Assembly: GCA_963708075.1 (NCBI GenBank)
Contig: OY970194.1
Coordinates: 4,608,001 to 4,672,000 of the forward strand
DNA from: Sedimentisphaerales bacterium
GTDB taxonomy: Bacteria > Planctomycetota > Phycisphaerae > Sedimentisphaerales > Anaerobacaceae
Reading direction: 5' to 3'
DNA: 64,000 bases
The position numbers and the translations under genes are program-made. Position 1 is the first letter of the stretch. Each line of letters opens with the position of its first letter. This document shows positions 20,553 to 32,841 of the stretch, piece after piece. The notes beneath the pieces are model-generated. The model made no database searches. It was not told the origin of the DNA and was given only the letters and a program-made list of their open reading frames with translations.

Positions 20553-20738
20553 ACAACCTCATGCTTGCTCTGCCACAATCCTGTCGTGCACCTCTGGGGC
20601 AAGGCATGCGCGGCTGATGTTGACCCTGCGGGCCATCTTTGGTAAGATAGAGTGTGGCGGCGACCCTGGTGCTTTGACGGAGGGGGATGTCAGGACAATC
20701 CGCCTGCGGTGAGATTCGCGGGTGACGGAGAAGGTGAA

Positions 20739-23700
20739 ATGGGAATACTCAGGAAGGCTCTGCTGCTTTCGGCCGCGTTGGCTCTTTCTCACGCCGAGTT
20801 TACAAAGGCCCAGGGCCCGGGCGGCAATCCCTCTGTCGTAATCAACGAACTGCTTGCATCGAACACCAAGTCCGCCGCTGACCCGCAGAGCGAGTACGAC
20901 GACTGGATCGAGTTGTACAATGCGGGGAATGCTGCGGTTGATGTCGGGGGCATGTACCTGACGGACGATGCATCGACCCCGACGAAATGGCAGATTCCCA
21001 AAGGAAGAGCCGCTCAGACGACGATTGCGGCGCATGGATTCCTGGTCATCTGGGCCGACAAAGACACCGCCTCCTCGGGCCTGCACGCGGCCTTCTCGCT
21101 GGATGCCGGGGGCGAGGAGCTTACGCTTCTCGGCGCCGACGGCGCTACGGTCATCGACAGCATCAGCTTCGACGAGCAAAGGGCAGACGTCTCCTACGGC
21201 CGGTTCCCCGACGGGACCGACACCTGGATCCTCATGGCCCCTCCCTCGGCCGGGGCCCGGAACATCCGCAGTCAGGAAGGATTCGTGGAGGAGCCGCAGA
21301 TCAGCCCGGGCCACGGTTTCTACGACAGCCCCATCCGTGTGACGATCACCTGCAACACACCCGGCGTCACGATCTGTTACACGCTGGACGGAAGCGAGCC
21401 TTACACGGTCAGCGCGGGTCGCGTGAACCCAACCGCGTCGGTGTATAGCGGTCCCGTGCAAATCGGCCGGACCACGTGCCTGCGAGCGATCGCGATACGC
21501 AATGGCTGGGAACCTTCGCCCATCGAAACACAAACGTACATCTTCCTCGCCGATGTCATCAAGCAGTCCCCCGGCGGCGTGCCGCCCTCGCCCTCCTGGC
21601 CCTCCGGCTCGGTGAACGGACAGGTACTCGACTACGGGATGGACCCCGACATAGTGAACAGCACCGCGTACAGGGACTTGACGGACGACGCCCTGTTGTC
21701 CATCTCGACCGTCTCGCTGGTGACAAACCTGGCCAACCTGTTCGACCCGGCCAAAGGCATCTACGTCCACGCCGGGAGTGAAGGCCGCGACTGGGAGCGT
21801 CCCGTGTCCGTGGAGTTGATCCACCCGGACGGCATCGAGGGATTCCAGATCGACGCGGGCATTCGCATCCGCGGCGCCTTCAGCCGCAGCGGCCAGTATC
21901 CTAAACACTCGTTCCGCCTGTTCTTCCGCGCCGAGTACGGGGCGCCGGCCCTTAAATATCCTCTGTTCGAATCCGAGGGCGCGGATGAATTCGAGAACAT
22001 CGACCTGCGCACCTCGCAGAACTACGCCTGGAGCACCGACAGCTCCAACCCTGGGCAGAAGAACACGTTTATCCGCGAGGAGTTCTGCCGCGACCTCCAG
22101 CGGGAAACCGGCCGGCCCTACACACGAACCCGGTACTATCATCTCTACATCAACGGCCAGTACTGGGGCCTGTACGAGAGCCAGGAGCGCTCGGAGGCGT
22201 CGTATGCAGCCACCTATTTCGGCGGCGAGCCGGACGATTACGATGTCATCATGACCGATAGCTACCGCACGTCTTATACGGACGGCACCATCGACGAATG
22301 GAACCTCTTGTGGAGCTTGTGCCAGCAGGACTTCGAGACAGACGAGCGATACTACGCCGTACAGGGCAAGAGAGCCGACGGCACGGACGACCCGAGTATT
22401 CCCGTGCGCGTCGATCTCGACAACCTCATCGACTACATGATTGGCATCTTCTACACCGGCAACGATGACGCCCCCGTGTCACTCGGCGGCGGCTCGGCAA
22501 ACAACTTCTTCGCCATTCGCAATCGCCGGATCGAAGCACGCGACGGCTGGAAGTTCTTCGCCTACGACAACGAGCACTCGCTGGGTGTCAGGAGCGGCGT
22601 CAACGACGATCGGACCGGCCCCGTCACCGCCGGCCAGACGCGAGAGAACTTCAACCCGCAGTGGCTGCACCAGAAGCTGATGGTCCACCCGGAATACCGG
22701 ATGCACTTCGCCGATCACGCGCACAACCACTTCTTCAACGCCGGCGTGATGACGCCGGAGAAGGCCATCGCCCTGTGCCGGTCGCGCGCCGACGAGCTCG
22801 ACCTGGCCATCATCGGCGAGTCCGCCCGCTGGGGCGACCAGCGGCATGACAGAATCAACAATCCGTACACCAAGGCCGACTGGTGGGCGGAGGTCAACGG
22901 CTACCTGATCGGCACCTTCTTCCCCGCCCGCACACAGATCGTGCTCAATCAGCTCCGCAATCGGGGGCTCTATCCCCAGGTCGCTGCGCCCGTATTTCAG
23001 ATTAACGGGTCCTACCTGCACGGGGGACAGATCGCTTCGTCCGACACCCTCTCGATGACCGGCGGCGGCGTGGTCTGGTACACGCTCGACGGCTCCGACC
23101 CACGAATCCCGGGGGCCACGGGCGCGCCTGCCGACGAGATCAAGCTTGTCGCCGACAGCGCCGCCAAGCGCGTGCTCGTTCCCACCGGCGCGATCAGCGA
23201 CGCCTGGCGCGGCGGGCAAGCCTTCGACGATTCCGCATGGACCGCGGGCACCGGCGGCGTGGGCTTCGAGCGAAGCTCCGGTTACGAGAACCTACTTCCG
23301 CATCGATGTCCAGTCACAGATGTACGGACGCAACGCAACCTGCTACATCCGGATTCCCTTCAACATCTCCGCCACGGACTTCGCCGGCCTCTCCAATCTC
23401 GTGCTAAAGGTCCGCTGTGACGACGGCTTCGTCGCCTACCTCAATGGGACCGAGGTGGCCAGGAAGAACTTCACGGGTAACCCGGCATGGAACTCGGTTG
23501 CCGGCGCCCAGAATCCGGACGCCGATGCCGTCAACTTCGAGGATTTCGATATCACCACGCACATCGGCAAGCTGCGGCAGAATGGAAACATTCTGGCCAT
23601 CCAGGCCATGAACAACACAACCACCAGCTCCGATTTTCTTCTGGCCGTGGAGCTGGTGTCGAGCAAATCACCCGGCGGTGGCGTGCCGAGCGGCGTCTCG

Positions 23701-24306
23701 CTCACGGCCGTACGATATACCCAGCCCGTTGTGCTCAGGCAAAGCGCTCTTGTGAAAGCCCGGGCTCTTGCCGGGACAACGTGGAGCGCCTTGAATGAAG
23801 CGACCTATGCCGTCGGACCCGTCGCCGAATCGCTGCGGATCACCGAGATCATGTACCATCCGCAGGACACCGGCGCGCCGGACGACCCCAACACGGAATA
23901 CATCGAGCTGACCAACATTGGCAGCGCGGCGATCAATCTGAATCTGGTCCGCTTCTGCAATGGCGTCGATTTCACTTCTGCCCCCGTCGACCTCGGCCCC
24001 ACGGAATACCTGCTCGTCGTCAAGGACCGCGACGCCTTCGCCGCCCGCTATGGCCCGGGACTGCCCGTGGCCGGCGAGTATTCCGGCTCGCTGAGCAACG
24101 CCGGCGAGCGAATCGAGATGCAGGATGCTCTCGGCACTGCGATCCAGGCCCTGACGTATGAGGACAACTGGTACGCAGCCACCGACGGCGGAGGCTACTC
24201 CCTGACCGCCCAGGACCCTGCAGGCAGCGACCCCAACGACTGGTCCACCAAGGCCGCCTGGCGCCCCAGCACCGCCCCCGGCGGCTCCCCCGGCCGTGCG
24301 GACTAG
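20739..24306 (+). CDS. Exported lamin-tail-domain / CotH kinase family protein, 1-bp frameshift near 23291
   Basis: Signal peptide, VINELLASN..DWIELYN (LTD), IRIRG..SR, HLYINGQYWGLY, YDNE (CotH), second LTD ITEIMYHP..EYIELTN; extra C in GAGAACCTAC. Confidence 0.85.
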
Positions 24307-24442
24307 TGCCGTGTTTCACAAGTCCCACGGCTATAGGGGATAGATTGCCGCGCCTCGCTCGCAGTTACGTACGACGCCTGTTCATGTCATAGCGAGTCAC
24401 TGTGCCACTGCGCGGTTGGTGTCGGGAAGAATTGGATGATTT

Positions 24443-24521
24443 GGGTGCCATGCTTACGCTCGCGTAAGCATGCCTTTCCCATGGAACTGAACATGTCTAC
24501 GCAAGCGTAGACATGGCACCC
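24443..24521. repeat. REPIN family 2 (GGGTGCCATG...)
   Basis: GGGTGCCATGCTTACGCTCGCGTAAGCATG..CATGTCTACGCAAGCGTAGACATGGCACCC. Confidence 0.85.
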
Positions 24522-24754
24522 GGCATCAGTGATGAATATTCAAGATGTGGCTCTGTTTGCTTCTATCTGTGGTGTACAATCCACCCTGTACGTGCCCGCG
24601 CGGTATTCCGCCAGCACACAACCGGCGATCACGAACAACGAAGGAAAAGTCGAGTGTACGTTGAACCTGCGTCCATCGGTTATAGTACCCGTTGAGAGCC
24701 GGGACTCGACGACCGGCACGCCAAGGGACAGTAGAAGTACAGGTGAGCCCAGAT

Positions 24755-26065
24755 ATGGATGCATTGTTTCTATCACGGCTGCAATTCGCGATCACGCCGT
24801 TCATTCATTTTCTCTTCGTGCCCGTCACCATCGGCCTGGCCCTGATGATCGCCATCATGGAAACCGTCTACGCCCGCACGGGCAACGGCGAGTACCAGCG
24901 TATGGCGAAGTTCTGGGGCAAGCTGTTCTTGATCAACTTCGCCGCCGGCATCGTCACCGGCATCGTCCTGGAGTTTCAGTTCGGGACCAACTGGGCGCGG
25001 TACTCGCAGTACGTGGGTGACATCTTCGGCTCGCTGCTGGCCATCGAAGCGACCGGCTTTTTCTTCCTGGAATCCACCATGATCGGCGTCTGGGTCTTCG
25101 GCTGGACGCGGCTCTCGCCCCGGGCCCACGCCATCGTCATGTGGCTGGTCGCTTTTGCCTCGTGCGGGTCCGCCTTCTGGATCTTGACGGCCAACGCCTG
25201 GATGCAGAATCCGGTCGGATATGAGATCCGCAACGGCCGGGCCGAGCTGGTGGACTTCTGGGCCATCATCCTGAACCCCACCGCGATCTACTCCATCCTG
25301 CACACCGTCAGCGCCTCCATCGCTTTGAGCGCGTTCTTCGTCATGGGCATCTGTGCCTGGCACCTCAAACGCGGCAATGAGACGGCCTTCTTCGGCAAGT
25401 CACTCCGCATTGCCCTCATGCTCGGCACCATCTTCACCCTGGGCGTGATCGGCGCCGGCCATCTCCTGGGCGGCGACATCGCCCAGCATCAGCCGGCCAA
25501 GCTGGCCGCGATGGAGTCGCACTGGAAAACGAGCGCTCCGGCCCCCACCGCGATCTTCGTCTGGCCCGACGAGAAGAACGAGACCAACGCCGTCGAATTC
25601 GGACGGATCCCCGGCTTGCTCAGCTTTCTGGCCTATCAGGACCGCAATCATGAGGTGGTCGGCCTGGCCGACATCCCGAAAGATGAGCGTCCCCCCGTCG
25701 CGATCACGTTCGTCAACTTCCGCCTCATGGTCGCCATCGGCCTTGCGATGCTCGCCCTGCTGGCCCTGACCTGGCTGCGAATCCGAAAGCTGCGACAGAC
25801 CCCAATGCTGTTGAGCGCACTGATCTGGTTTATCCCGCTGCCATTTGTCGCTTGCAACGCAGGCTGGATCATGACCGAGGTCGGCCGACAACCCTGGATC
25901 GTGTACAACGTCATGCGAACCTCAGACGGGCTGACCGAAGGTCTGCGGACCTATCAAGTGGGTTTCTCCCTGATTTCGCTGACCGTTGTAATGACGTTGG
26001 TTGCTGTGGTGACATTTTACCTGGTCGTGCGGCATGCCCGACAGGGACCGGTACGGAAGTTATGA
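24755..26065 (+). CDS. cydA: Cytochrome bd oxidase subunit I
   Basis: SRLQFA..HFLFVP, EFQFGTNW, AIE..FFLEST, QPAKLAAME, TEVGRQPW. Confidence 0.96.
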   Translation: MDALFLSRLQFAITPFIHFLFVPVTIGLALMIAIMETVYARTGNGEYQRMAKFWGKLFLINFAAGIVTGIVLEFQFGTNWARYSQYVGDIFGSLLAIEATGFFFLESTMIGVWVFGWTRLSPRAHAIVMWLVAFASCGSAFWILTANAWMQNPVGYEIRNGRAELVDFWAIILNPTAIYSILHTVSASIALSAFFVMGICAWHLKRGNETAFFGKSLRIALMLGTIFTLGVIGAGHLLGGDIAQHQPAKLAAMESHWKTSAPAPTAIFVWPDEKNETNAVEFGRIPGLLSFLAYQDRNHEVVGLADIPKDERPPVAITFVNFRLMVAIGLAMLALLALTWLRIRKLRQTPMLLSALIWFIPLPFVACNAGWIMTEVGRQPWIVYNVMRTSDGLTEGLRTYQVGFSLISLTVVMTLVAVVTFYLVVRHARQGPVRKL

Positions 26066-26146
26066 TTTACGATTTATGATGTATGATTTTTGACTCGGAC
26101 GGCGTTGCCTGCAGAGCCAAAATTACAAATCAGAAATCATAAATCT
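26061..26146. repeat. Heptamer-based palindrome between cydA and cydB
   Basis: TATGATTTACGATTTATGATGTATGATTTT .. AAATTACAAATCAGAAATCATAAATC. Confidence 0.6.
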
Positions 26147-26160
26147 CACTGGAGCTTACG

Positions 26161-27177
26161 ATGACACTGGTGACTATCTGGTTCTTCCTCTGGACCCTGC
26201 TTTGGGCCATCTACTTCATGACCGACGGCTTCGACCTGGGCGTCGGGGCGATGCTGCCCTTCCTCGGCAGGAATGAGACCGAGAGGCGCATCCTGTACAA
26301 CGCCACCGGCCCGCTGTGGGACGGCAATGAAGTCTGGTTGATCGCCGCAGGCGGCGTGACCTTCGCCGCGTTTCCCAGGACCTACGCCGTCATGTTCAGC
26401 GCCTTCCACGAGGCGATGACCCTGCTGCTGCTGGCCCTGATCCTCCGCGGCCTGTCGTTCGAGTTGCGCAGCAAGGTCGCCTCGGCACGGGCGCACAGTC
26501 TCTGCGACCTGTGCCAATTCCTCGGAAGTGTTCTTGTCGCTGTCCTGCTCGGCGTCACGTTTGCCAATATCTTCCGAGGCCTGCCCCTCGTGAACGGTGT
26601 GCACCAGGGGACCATCCTGACCCTGCTGAATCCCTACGCACTCGCGGGTGGCGCCTTCTTCCTCGTGGTCTTTCTGCTCCACGGCGCCCTATGGCTGGCG
26701 ATCCGCACCGAGGGCGATCTCCACACCAGAGCCGTCCGCGCCGCGGCCGTCCTTTGGCCCCTCGTACTGATCGCGGCCGTTGCCTTCCTGATCTACACCG
26801 GCTTCGCCACCCATCTCTACGACAACTACATCCGCCGGCCGGTCCTCGTTGCCGTTCCCCTGCTGGCCGTCGGCGCACTGGTCGCGGTGAGAGTCTTCCT
26901 CAACAAAGCTCGACCCGGGCGCGCCTGGCTCGCCTCGTCCGCGATGATTGTGGCGATCACCTTCTCCGGCACGATCGGCTTGTACCCGAACATGCTGCCG
27001 TCCCGCATCGACCCGCAGACCAACAGCATCACCGTGTATCAGAGCGCCTCCAGTCCGCTGACGCTCAAGATCATGCTCGGCGTGGTCCTTGTCCTCGTCC
27101 CGATTGTCCTGATCTACCAATTGTGGGCCTATCGCATGTTCAGCAACAAGATCAACGCGTCCCAACTGGTCTACTGA
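26161..27177 (+). CDS. cydB: Cytochrome bd oxidase subunit II
   Basis: DGFDLGVG, GPLWDGNEVWLI, LRGLSFE, SSPLTLKIM. Confidence 0.96.
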   Translation: MTLVTIWFFLWTLLWAIYFMTDGFDLGVGAMLPFLGRNETERRILYNATGPLWDGNEVWLIAAGGVTFAAFPRTYAVMFSAFHEAMTLLLLALILRGLSFELRSKVASARAHSLCDLCQFLGSVLVAVLLGVTFANIFRGLPLVNGVHQGTILTLLNPYALAGGAFFLVVFLLHGALWLAIRTEGDLHTRAVRAAAVLWPLVLIAAVAFLIYTGFATHLYDNYIRRPVLVAVPLLAVGALVAVRVFLNKARPGRAWLASSAMIVAITFSGTIGLYPNMLPSRIDPQTNSITVYQSASSPLTLKIMLGVVLVLVPIVLIYQLWAYRMFSNKINASQLVY

Positions 27178-27383
27178 CGATCCCCCAGTCACCGGCAGCC
27201 ACAACTTGTGGGAGGATACGTGGGCAGGTGAGCGAGGGACCGCATCTTCATCATTCATGATTCGTTTCAGGCATCCCATTGCCGCCTCCGTGGCCGCAGT
27301 GGGTATTCAGGACAAGACCCCAGCTCATCACAACGATCCGGCCACGGCACCTCGGTACGGCACGGAGGGCATTCCGGGCGCCA

Positions 27384-28436
27384 TCACCGCGGAGGCGGAA
27401 GCTTGGGGCGGGGCGGCGGCGGGTCATCATCCGGGGTCGGTCCGATGGTATCGATGAAAACGACACCGGAGACGTCGGCGGAGTTGGGATCACTGTTGAG
27501 CACGTCAATGTCGGGATCGTCAGGAAGATACACGTAGCACCTCGCAAGTGCCCGCTCGTTGTGTCCGCCCGCGACGTAGAGTTCTCCCCGGGCACTCGCC
27601 ACGCCCATCCCCCTGGCGGCGTAAGGCAAGGGTTTGCTCGGCCGCCAGGTATTCGTCCGGACATCGAGGATGTCCATGGTCGAGAACCAATCGGTCGTCG
27701 ATGAGCTGACGCCCCCCACGACGTAGATGGAGGACCCGATCAGCTCGGACTCGGCATAGCACCTGGGCGTCGGGATGCCCTCGATGGACAGCCAGGTCCG
27801 GTCCCGGCTGTTGAAAGCCCAGCCATCCTCCGCCGGCACCAGGGCAGGATAGCCGAACAGTGTGTTCGTCCCAGTCAGCAGGTACACCGTCTCACCCGCC
27901 GACGCGGCCAGGTCCCCCAGCGCCCGCGGTTCCGGCATCGAGTACGGTCCCGTCCAGAAATCCATGCTGGTGTTGTACACGAGAATCTCATCGAGAATCT
28001 GGTGATCCGGATTGGCCACGCCGCCGAAGATCCAGATCTCGTCGCCGACGACCGCCGAGCCCATGTCCTCGCGCCCGGAGGGCATGGGGCTGCGCTCCAG
28101 CCATTGGTCTGCCGTCGCGTCATATTCCAGACACTGCGCGTACTTGATTCTGCGGTGGCTGTCATAGCCGCCGACGAGGAAGAGGCGATCCCCTACCGCA
28201 CGCAGGCTCGGGCTCTGGATCGCCAGCGACATCGGCGCCACGGGCTCCCAGGACCCGGCCAGCAGATCGTAGGCGAAACCCGTGTTCGTCTCGTTGCCGT
28301 CGCAAATGCCGCCGATGGCGTAGAGACGGTCGCCCACCGCTTCGAAGCCATGCTGCTCCTTGGCCTGCGGCATGTCCGGCAGTCGCTGCCACACGGACGC
28401 CGCCAGAAGTGTGGATAGAATTGTGGCCAGGATCAT
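27384..28436 (-). CDS. Exported Kelch-repeat protein
   Basis: Repeated LYAIGG/LFLVGG/IWIFGG/IYVVGG/LYVAGG with Y..W spacing; N-terminal hydrophobic signal. Confidence 0.85.
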   Translation of the reverse strand: MILATILSTLLAASVWQRLPDMPQAKEQHGFEAVGDRLYAIGGICDGNETNTGFAYDLLAGSWEPVAPMSLAIQSPSLRAVGDRLFLVGGYDSHRRIKYAQCLEYDATADQWLERSPMPSGREDMGSAVVGDEIWIFGGVANPDHQILDEILVYNTSMDFWTGPYSMPEPRALGDLAASAGETVYLLTGTNTLFGYPALVPAEDGWAFNSRDRTWLSIEGIPTPRCYAESELIGSSIYVVGGVSSSTTDWFSTMDILDVRTNTWRPSKPLPYAARGMGVASARGELYVAGGHNERALARCYVYLPDDPDIDVLNSDPNSADVSGVVFIDTIGPTPDDDPPPPRPKLPPPR

Positions 28437-28826
28437 CGGTCACCTTGCGCAGAGAGAGCCCACCTTCACACAAGTATGCACATGGATGTACTGAGAGCCG
28501 TACCGCACCCGGCACCGCAGACGCCATTCGGCGCAGAATCACCGCGACCCTGCAGCACGCCCGCACCCCGAGCGCGTTCCCACGATCACCTGCCGTCCCT
28601 GGGGATTTTGAAGACAAGAACCAGAACTACCCATGCTCCTTCCTGAAGCACAACTATTCTACCCCGCCGCCGTGCGTTCGTCAAGTGACACGCGCAAAAA
28701 ATTGCGATCGCCAAACGCGCCACTGTGCGACTACATTGCGTGGCGAAACGGGCCTTCTCTGTCATCCCGAGCGAAGTCGAGGGATCTTATTAGGGGATCT
28801 TATTTATTAGGATCTATTTATTACTA

Positions 28827-29603
28827 GGGACAGTCACCTATTTATTTCTTGACACGGGGTCTGATTGGACTGTAGAGTAGTTTCATGCCCAGATTGGCCA
28901 GAGCCATTGCGGTCGGATGTGCCCATCACATCACTCAACGCGGCAACAACCGCCAGGACGTGTTCCTTGTGGACCAGGACCACCAAGCGTATCTGCAGAT
29001 TCTCGCCGAGCAAGCGAGCAAGTATGGCCTGGAGGTGCTGGGCTACTGCCTGATGACCAACCATGTGCATTTGGTGGCGATCCCGCATGAGGAGGATTCA
29101 CTCGCCAAAGGGATCGGCGGGACCCACTTTCGCTACAGCCAGTACATCAACCGCCTGCACAAGCGAAGCGGCCATTTATGGCAGGGACGCTTCTACTCCT
29201 GTGCCCTCGACGAGCGGCACCTGTGGCTGGCGATGAAGTACATGGAGCTCAATCCCGTGCGGGCGAGGCTGTGTCGGGTGGCGTGGCGGTACGACTGGTC
29301 CAGTGCGGCGGCCCACACGGATGAGAAGGCTCAATCCGACCTGCTGAACCTGCGGTGGTGGTATGAGCAGTTCTCCGCCCGGGCATGGCGCAAGGAACTG
29401 GGCGAGGGGCTGAGCAAGGAGGAAGTCGCCCGGATTCGGCTGCGGACCCAGACGGGCCGGCCGCTGGGCAGTGACGGATTCCTGAGCAAGCTGGAAACGC
29501 TGCTGGGCCGGCGGGTCCGGCCGTTGCCCGTGGGTCGGCCACGAAAGGGCCAGGGGGATGACCATAAGGCACGCAGAGGCAAGGCAAAATAGGTGACTGT
29601 CCC
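28827..29603. mobile_element. RAYT cassette bounded by inverted ends
   Basis: GGGACAGTCACCTATTT (28827-28843) and AAATAGGTGACTGTCCC (29587-29603) form a perfect 17-bp inverted repeat. Confidence 0.75.
28885..29592 (+). CDS. REP-associated tyrosine transposase (paralog of 4359..5066)
   Basis: HHITQRGNNR, YCLMTNHVHLV, GHLWQGRF, YMELNPVRA. Confidence 0.92.
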   Translation: MPRLARAIAVGCAHHITQRGNNRQDVFLVDQDHQAYLQILAEQASKYGLEVLGYCLMTNHVHLVAIPHEEDSLAKGIGGTHFRYSQYINRLHKRSGHLWQGRFYSCALDERHLWLAMKYMELNPVRARLCRVAWRYDWSSAAAHTDEKAQSDLLNLRWWYEQFSARAWRKELGEGLSKEEVARIRLRTQTGRPLGSDGFLSKLETLLGRRVRPLPVGRPRKGQGDDHKARRGKAK

Positions 29604-29624
29604 CAATAAAAAGGGGTCGTGGCG

Positions 29625-30464
29625 ATGAAATCAAACAGCGGATTTACACTCATTGAGTTGTTAGTGGTCATTGCGATTATTGCGCTGCTGATGGCGATCC
29701 TCATGCCGGCGTTGAACGTCGCCAAACAACAGGCGGGTTCTTCCGCTTGCCTGATGAATGAAAAGCAGTTGGTTCTGGCCTGGCTGATGTATGCCGAGGG
29801 CAACGACTATATCATGTGCGGCCCGATGACGAGCAATCCCGCCAGTCCCAGGTTTGACTGGGTCGGGTTGCCCAGGGACCTTGTATCCGGCGCTGTGAAG
29901 ACCTCCAACTTTACCGCGGAAGAGGAAATTCGCGGGATTGAAGCGGGCACCTTGTTTCCGTATTACAAAGACGCGAAACTGATGAATTGTCCGACCGACA
30001 AGCGTTCTGCAAGAGCTCCGACGTACCCCGGATATGGAGGCACCGGAGGCTACCGAACGTACTCGCTGCCCTATCATCTGAACGCACCGGCGGACCAACT
30101 GACCACCCGGTACGGAGCCGCAGCGGGCACCGACCGTATTGTCAGGATAACGCAGTTGAAGAATCCGGGCTCGACGTACATCATTGTCGAAGAAAATGAC
30201 AATCGGGACTATAACATGGATGCGTGGGCGTTTGACCCGTACAAGTTCATCCTGATCGACACCATCGCTGTTTTTCACAACAATGTGACCATGTTTGGTT
30301 ATGGCGACGGCCATTCGGAGAGAAAGACCTGGGATGATCCGCGAACCCAGCGATGGTCCAATGAAATACGGGATGGGACCCGCTATCCGGATATGACCGG
30401 ACTGAGCGACCCCGAGAATGTCGACATCCGCTGGCTGGCAGCGCATTATCCCCGAAAGTACTGA
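29625..30464 (+). CDS. Prepilin-type N-terminal cleavage / H-X9-DG protein
   Basis: [30 protein letters not shown]. Confidence 0.9.
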   Translation: MKSNSGFTLIELLVVIAIIALLMAILMPALNVAKQQAGSSACLMNEKQLVLAWLMYAEGNDYIMCGPMTSNPASPRFDWVGLPRDLVSGAVKTSNFTAEEEIRGIEAGTLFPYYKDAKLMNCPTDKRSARAPTYPGYGGTGGYRTYSLPYHLNAPADQLTTRYGAAAGTDRIVRITQLKNPGSTYIIVEENDNRDYNMDAWAFDPYKFILIDTIAVFHNNVTMFGYGDGHSERKTWDDPRTQRWSNEIRDGTRYPDMTGLSDPENVDIRWLAAHYPRKY

Positions 30465-30631
30465 CATCCCCCGGTCTCGCCTCCCTGGGCGGCGGCATTC
30501 ACACGCAAGAATTCCGGGGATATCTTGAATTCCGGATGGGATGAGCAACCGTTGGAGGCATGCATGCCTTGTCAAGGACAGATCGGAGCGAAAGCCGTCA
30601 TCGAGAGGATGATGTCTTGAAAGAGAGAACC

Positions 30632-31684
30632 ATGTCAAGACCGGCTGCTTTCGGCATCGTGCTGACTCGTCCATACTGCCTGGCGATGCTTGCGGGATTC
30701 GTCCTGCTGGTTCTGATCGGGCTGACGAATCTGCCGCTGCCGCCCGAGCAAATCCACCCGGGCAGCACCAGCAGCGATGCGGTGCTATGGCAGAACGTCA
30801 TTGACCGCATGAGGGCCGGGGGCGGCTACTACGACTCGATGGAACTGGCATTGCGGACGCTGGGCTACAGGCTGAAACCGTTTGTGAACTTCCGGCCCCC
30901 GGCCCTGGCAAGTTTCGCCGCACTTTTCCCGACCAATACAGGACCACAGATCTTCCTGACGGCCCTGTCGTTGGCCGTATTCGTCGCCTGGACCCTGCGA
31001 ATGCGGTCGTGGGGGACCCTGCTGGCCGCAGTAGCTTTGCTGACGTTTCCCATCGTGTACTGCCTGACTCCACAAGGCGTCGTGTACCACGATACATGGG
31101 TCGGCCTGCTGATCGCTCTGGCCCTGGCCGTGCACCCGAGACACTGGCGGATCAGCCTTGTGTGTGGCGTGCTCGCTCTGGCGATTCGCGAACACGCGGT
31201 AGTATTCGCCGGGGTCATGTTCCTGTGTTCATGGCGCAATCGGCGCGAGTGCATCGCATGGGCAGTGGCAATCGTTGGGTTCGCCGTTTACCTGGGGATT
31301 CACGCTTGGCTTGTGAGCGGTCACGTACGGCCGGACGATCTCGCGAAGTCATGGACGGCGTTTGGCGGGTGGTCGTTCGTGGTGAGTACCGCCCAATGCA
31401 CGTGGCTGACGATCTTCCTGCCCCCGTGGGTGTCTGCTATCGTGCTTCCTCTGGCCCTGCTGGGACTGGCCGCGCTGGACGACTACCGGCCTCTGGCCGT
31501 GGTGGGCGGGTACATCGGTGCGTTTCTGCTCGTGGGCAACCCCGACAACTGGTACTGGGGCCTGTTGTACGCGCCGCTGCTGGCCGTAGGCATAGCTGCC
31601 GGGATTCCCGCCTTGTGGGCGATGCTGAGAGATATTGTGCGGAGAAGTCCCATCACCAGTTCCCGCACAGAGCCTGTGCCTTAG
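30632..31684 (+). CDS. Polytopic membrane protein, function unknown
   Basis: Many hydrophobic segments; GGYY..LR..GY.LKPFVNFRPP loop. Confidence 0.7.
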   Translation: MSRPAAFGIVLTRPYCLAMLAGFVLLVLIGLTNLPLPPEQIHPGSTSSDAVLWQNVIDRMRAGGGYYDSMELALRTLGYRLKPFVNFRPPALASFAALFPTNTGPQIFLTALSLAVFVAWTLRMRSWGTLLAAVALLTFPIVYCLTPQGVVYHDTWVGLLIALALAVHPRHWRISLVCGVLALAIREHAVVFAGVMFLCSWRNRRECIAWAVAIVGFAVYLGIHAWLVSGHVRPDDLAKSWTAFGGWSFVVSTAQCTWLTIFLPPWVSAIVLPLALLGLAALDDYRPLAVVGGYIGAFLLVGNPDNWYWGLLYAPLLAVGIAAGIPALWAMLRDIVRRSPITSSRTEPVP

Positions 31685-32571
31685 TCTTGTCCCGGCCACA
31701 TGTCGTGGTAGCTGACCAACTGGATGTTGCGTCGTTTGATGACCTCTTTGACCTTGGGGCTGGTGAAGGACCTGGTCACGCCGTCGCGGTGCGAGGCGAC
31801 CTCCCAGTAGCCCTTGTGTCCCATCGCCTGCATCTCCGGCGTGTCGAGCCCGGGGTGCTCGATCACAATCCAGGTGCCCGGCCCGAGCCCCTCCAATGCC
31901 TTGACCAGTGCGGCCTCGCGCTGCTCGGCGCTCGCCTTGGCATCTGCCTGCCACGACACGTACTTCGCCCCAGGCGTCTCAATCGGCAGCTTGTACTCCT
32001 TCGCCAGTCTCTGCACGAGTGCCCGCAATTCCGGCGCGGCTGTCGGCGTCCCCATGTGGCTGCTCAGGTGCGAGACCTGCGGGATCATCTTCTTGGCCAA
32101 CTCGATCTGAGCCCGCAGCTCCTTTTCCACTTCGTCGATTTTCCAGCCGGACTGCAGGAAACCGGTGTTCGGCGGGAAGTCCGGCCGCTGTGCGGTCTGC
32201 GGGTAGAAGTTCCCCTGCGCGTCCACCAGGCTCGGCGCCTGCGTCAGCGGGCCCCATTTGTAGTTCTCCCATTCGCTGGTCAGCGTCAGATGCACGCCGA
32301 CGTCGAACCCGGGATTCTCCCGCAGCATCTTGACCGCCTCGTTGAACCACGGGCACGGCACCTGCACCTCCACGCTCTTGACGATCCCTTCCTGGTAGCA
32401 TTTGATGCACGCGAGATTGGACGTGTGACACGACCCGATATCATCGGCCCGCACCACGAGCTTGATCGCCCCGGGATTGTCCCGCGTCTGTGCGGCACTG
32501 CGGCCGTACCCAACGGCCAGAGCCACGGTCAACGCGCCTGCCAACCACAAACAAATCGCTTTTCTATTCAT
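31681..32571 (-). CDS. YdjC/ChbG-like carbohydrate deacetylase, exported
   Basis: RADDIG, GVHLTLTSEW, HLSSHM, EHPG; signal peptide. Confidence 0.88.
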   Translation of the reverse strand: MNRKAICLWLAGALTVALAVGYGRSAAQTRDNPGAIKLVVRADDIGSCHTSNLACIKCYQEGIVKSVEVQVPCPWFNEAVKMLRENPGFDVGVHLTLTSEWENYKWGPLTQAPSLVDAQGNFYPQTAQRPDFPPNTGFLQSGWKIDEVEKELRAQIELAKKMIPQVSHLSSHMGTPTAAPELRALVQRLAKEYKLPIETPGAKYVSWQADAKASAEQREAALVKALEGLGPGTWIVIEHPGLDTPEMQAMGHKGYWEVASHRDGVTRSFTSPKVKEVIKRRNIQLVSYHDMWPGQD

Positions 32572-32753
32572 CGAAAGCCCAGCCTACGACCACCGTACAA
32601 GGAAAGCCAAAAGCCCCGTTCTTTTGCTGCTTACGGAGCAAACGCCAACGTCCGTCATTATATGTCGCAACGCTTGCCAGGCAAGCGATTTGTCGCCCGC
32701 GAGAGGCCCGAGGGGTGCACGGCAGGATTGTGGCAGAGCAAATAGGAGATTGT

Positions 32754-32841
32754 GGGTGGCAGCGTCAAGCGCAGCTTGGCGATGGTCTTCCTGGGATGCG
32801 GTGCAACCATCGCCAAGGCCTGCGGCTTGACGCTGCCACCC
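32754..32841. repeat. REPIN family 1, GTCAAG variant
   Basis: Inverted copy of 20465-20552 with ~45 bp of shared flank. Confidence 0.85.
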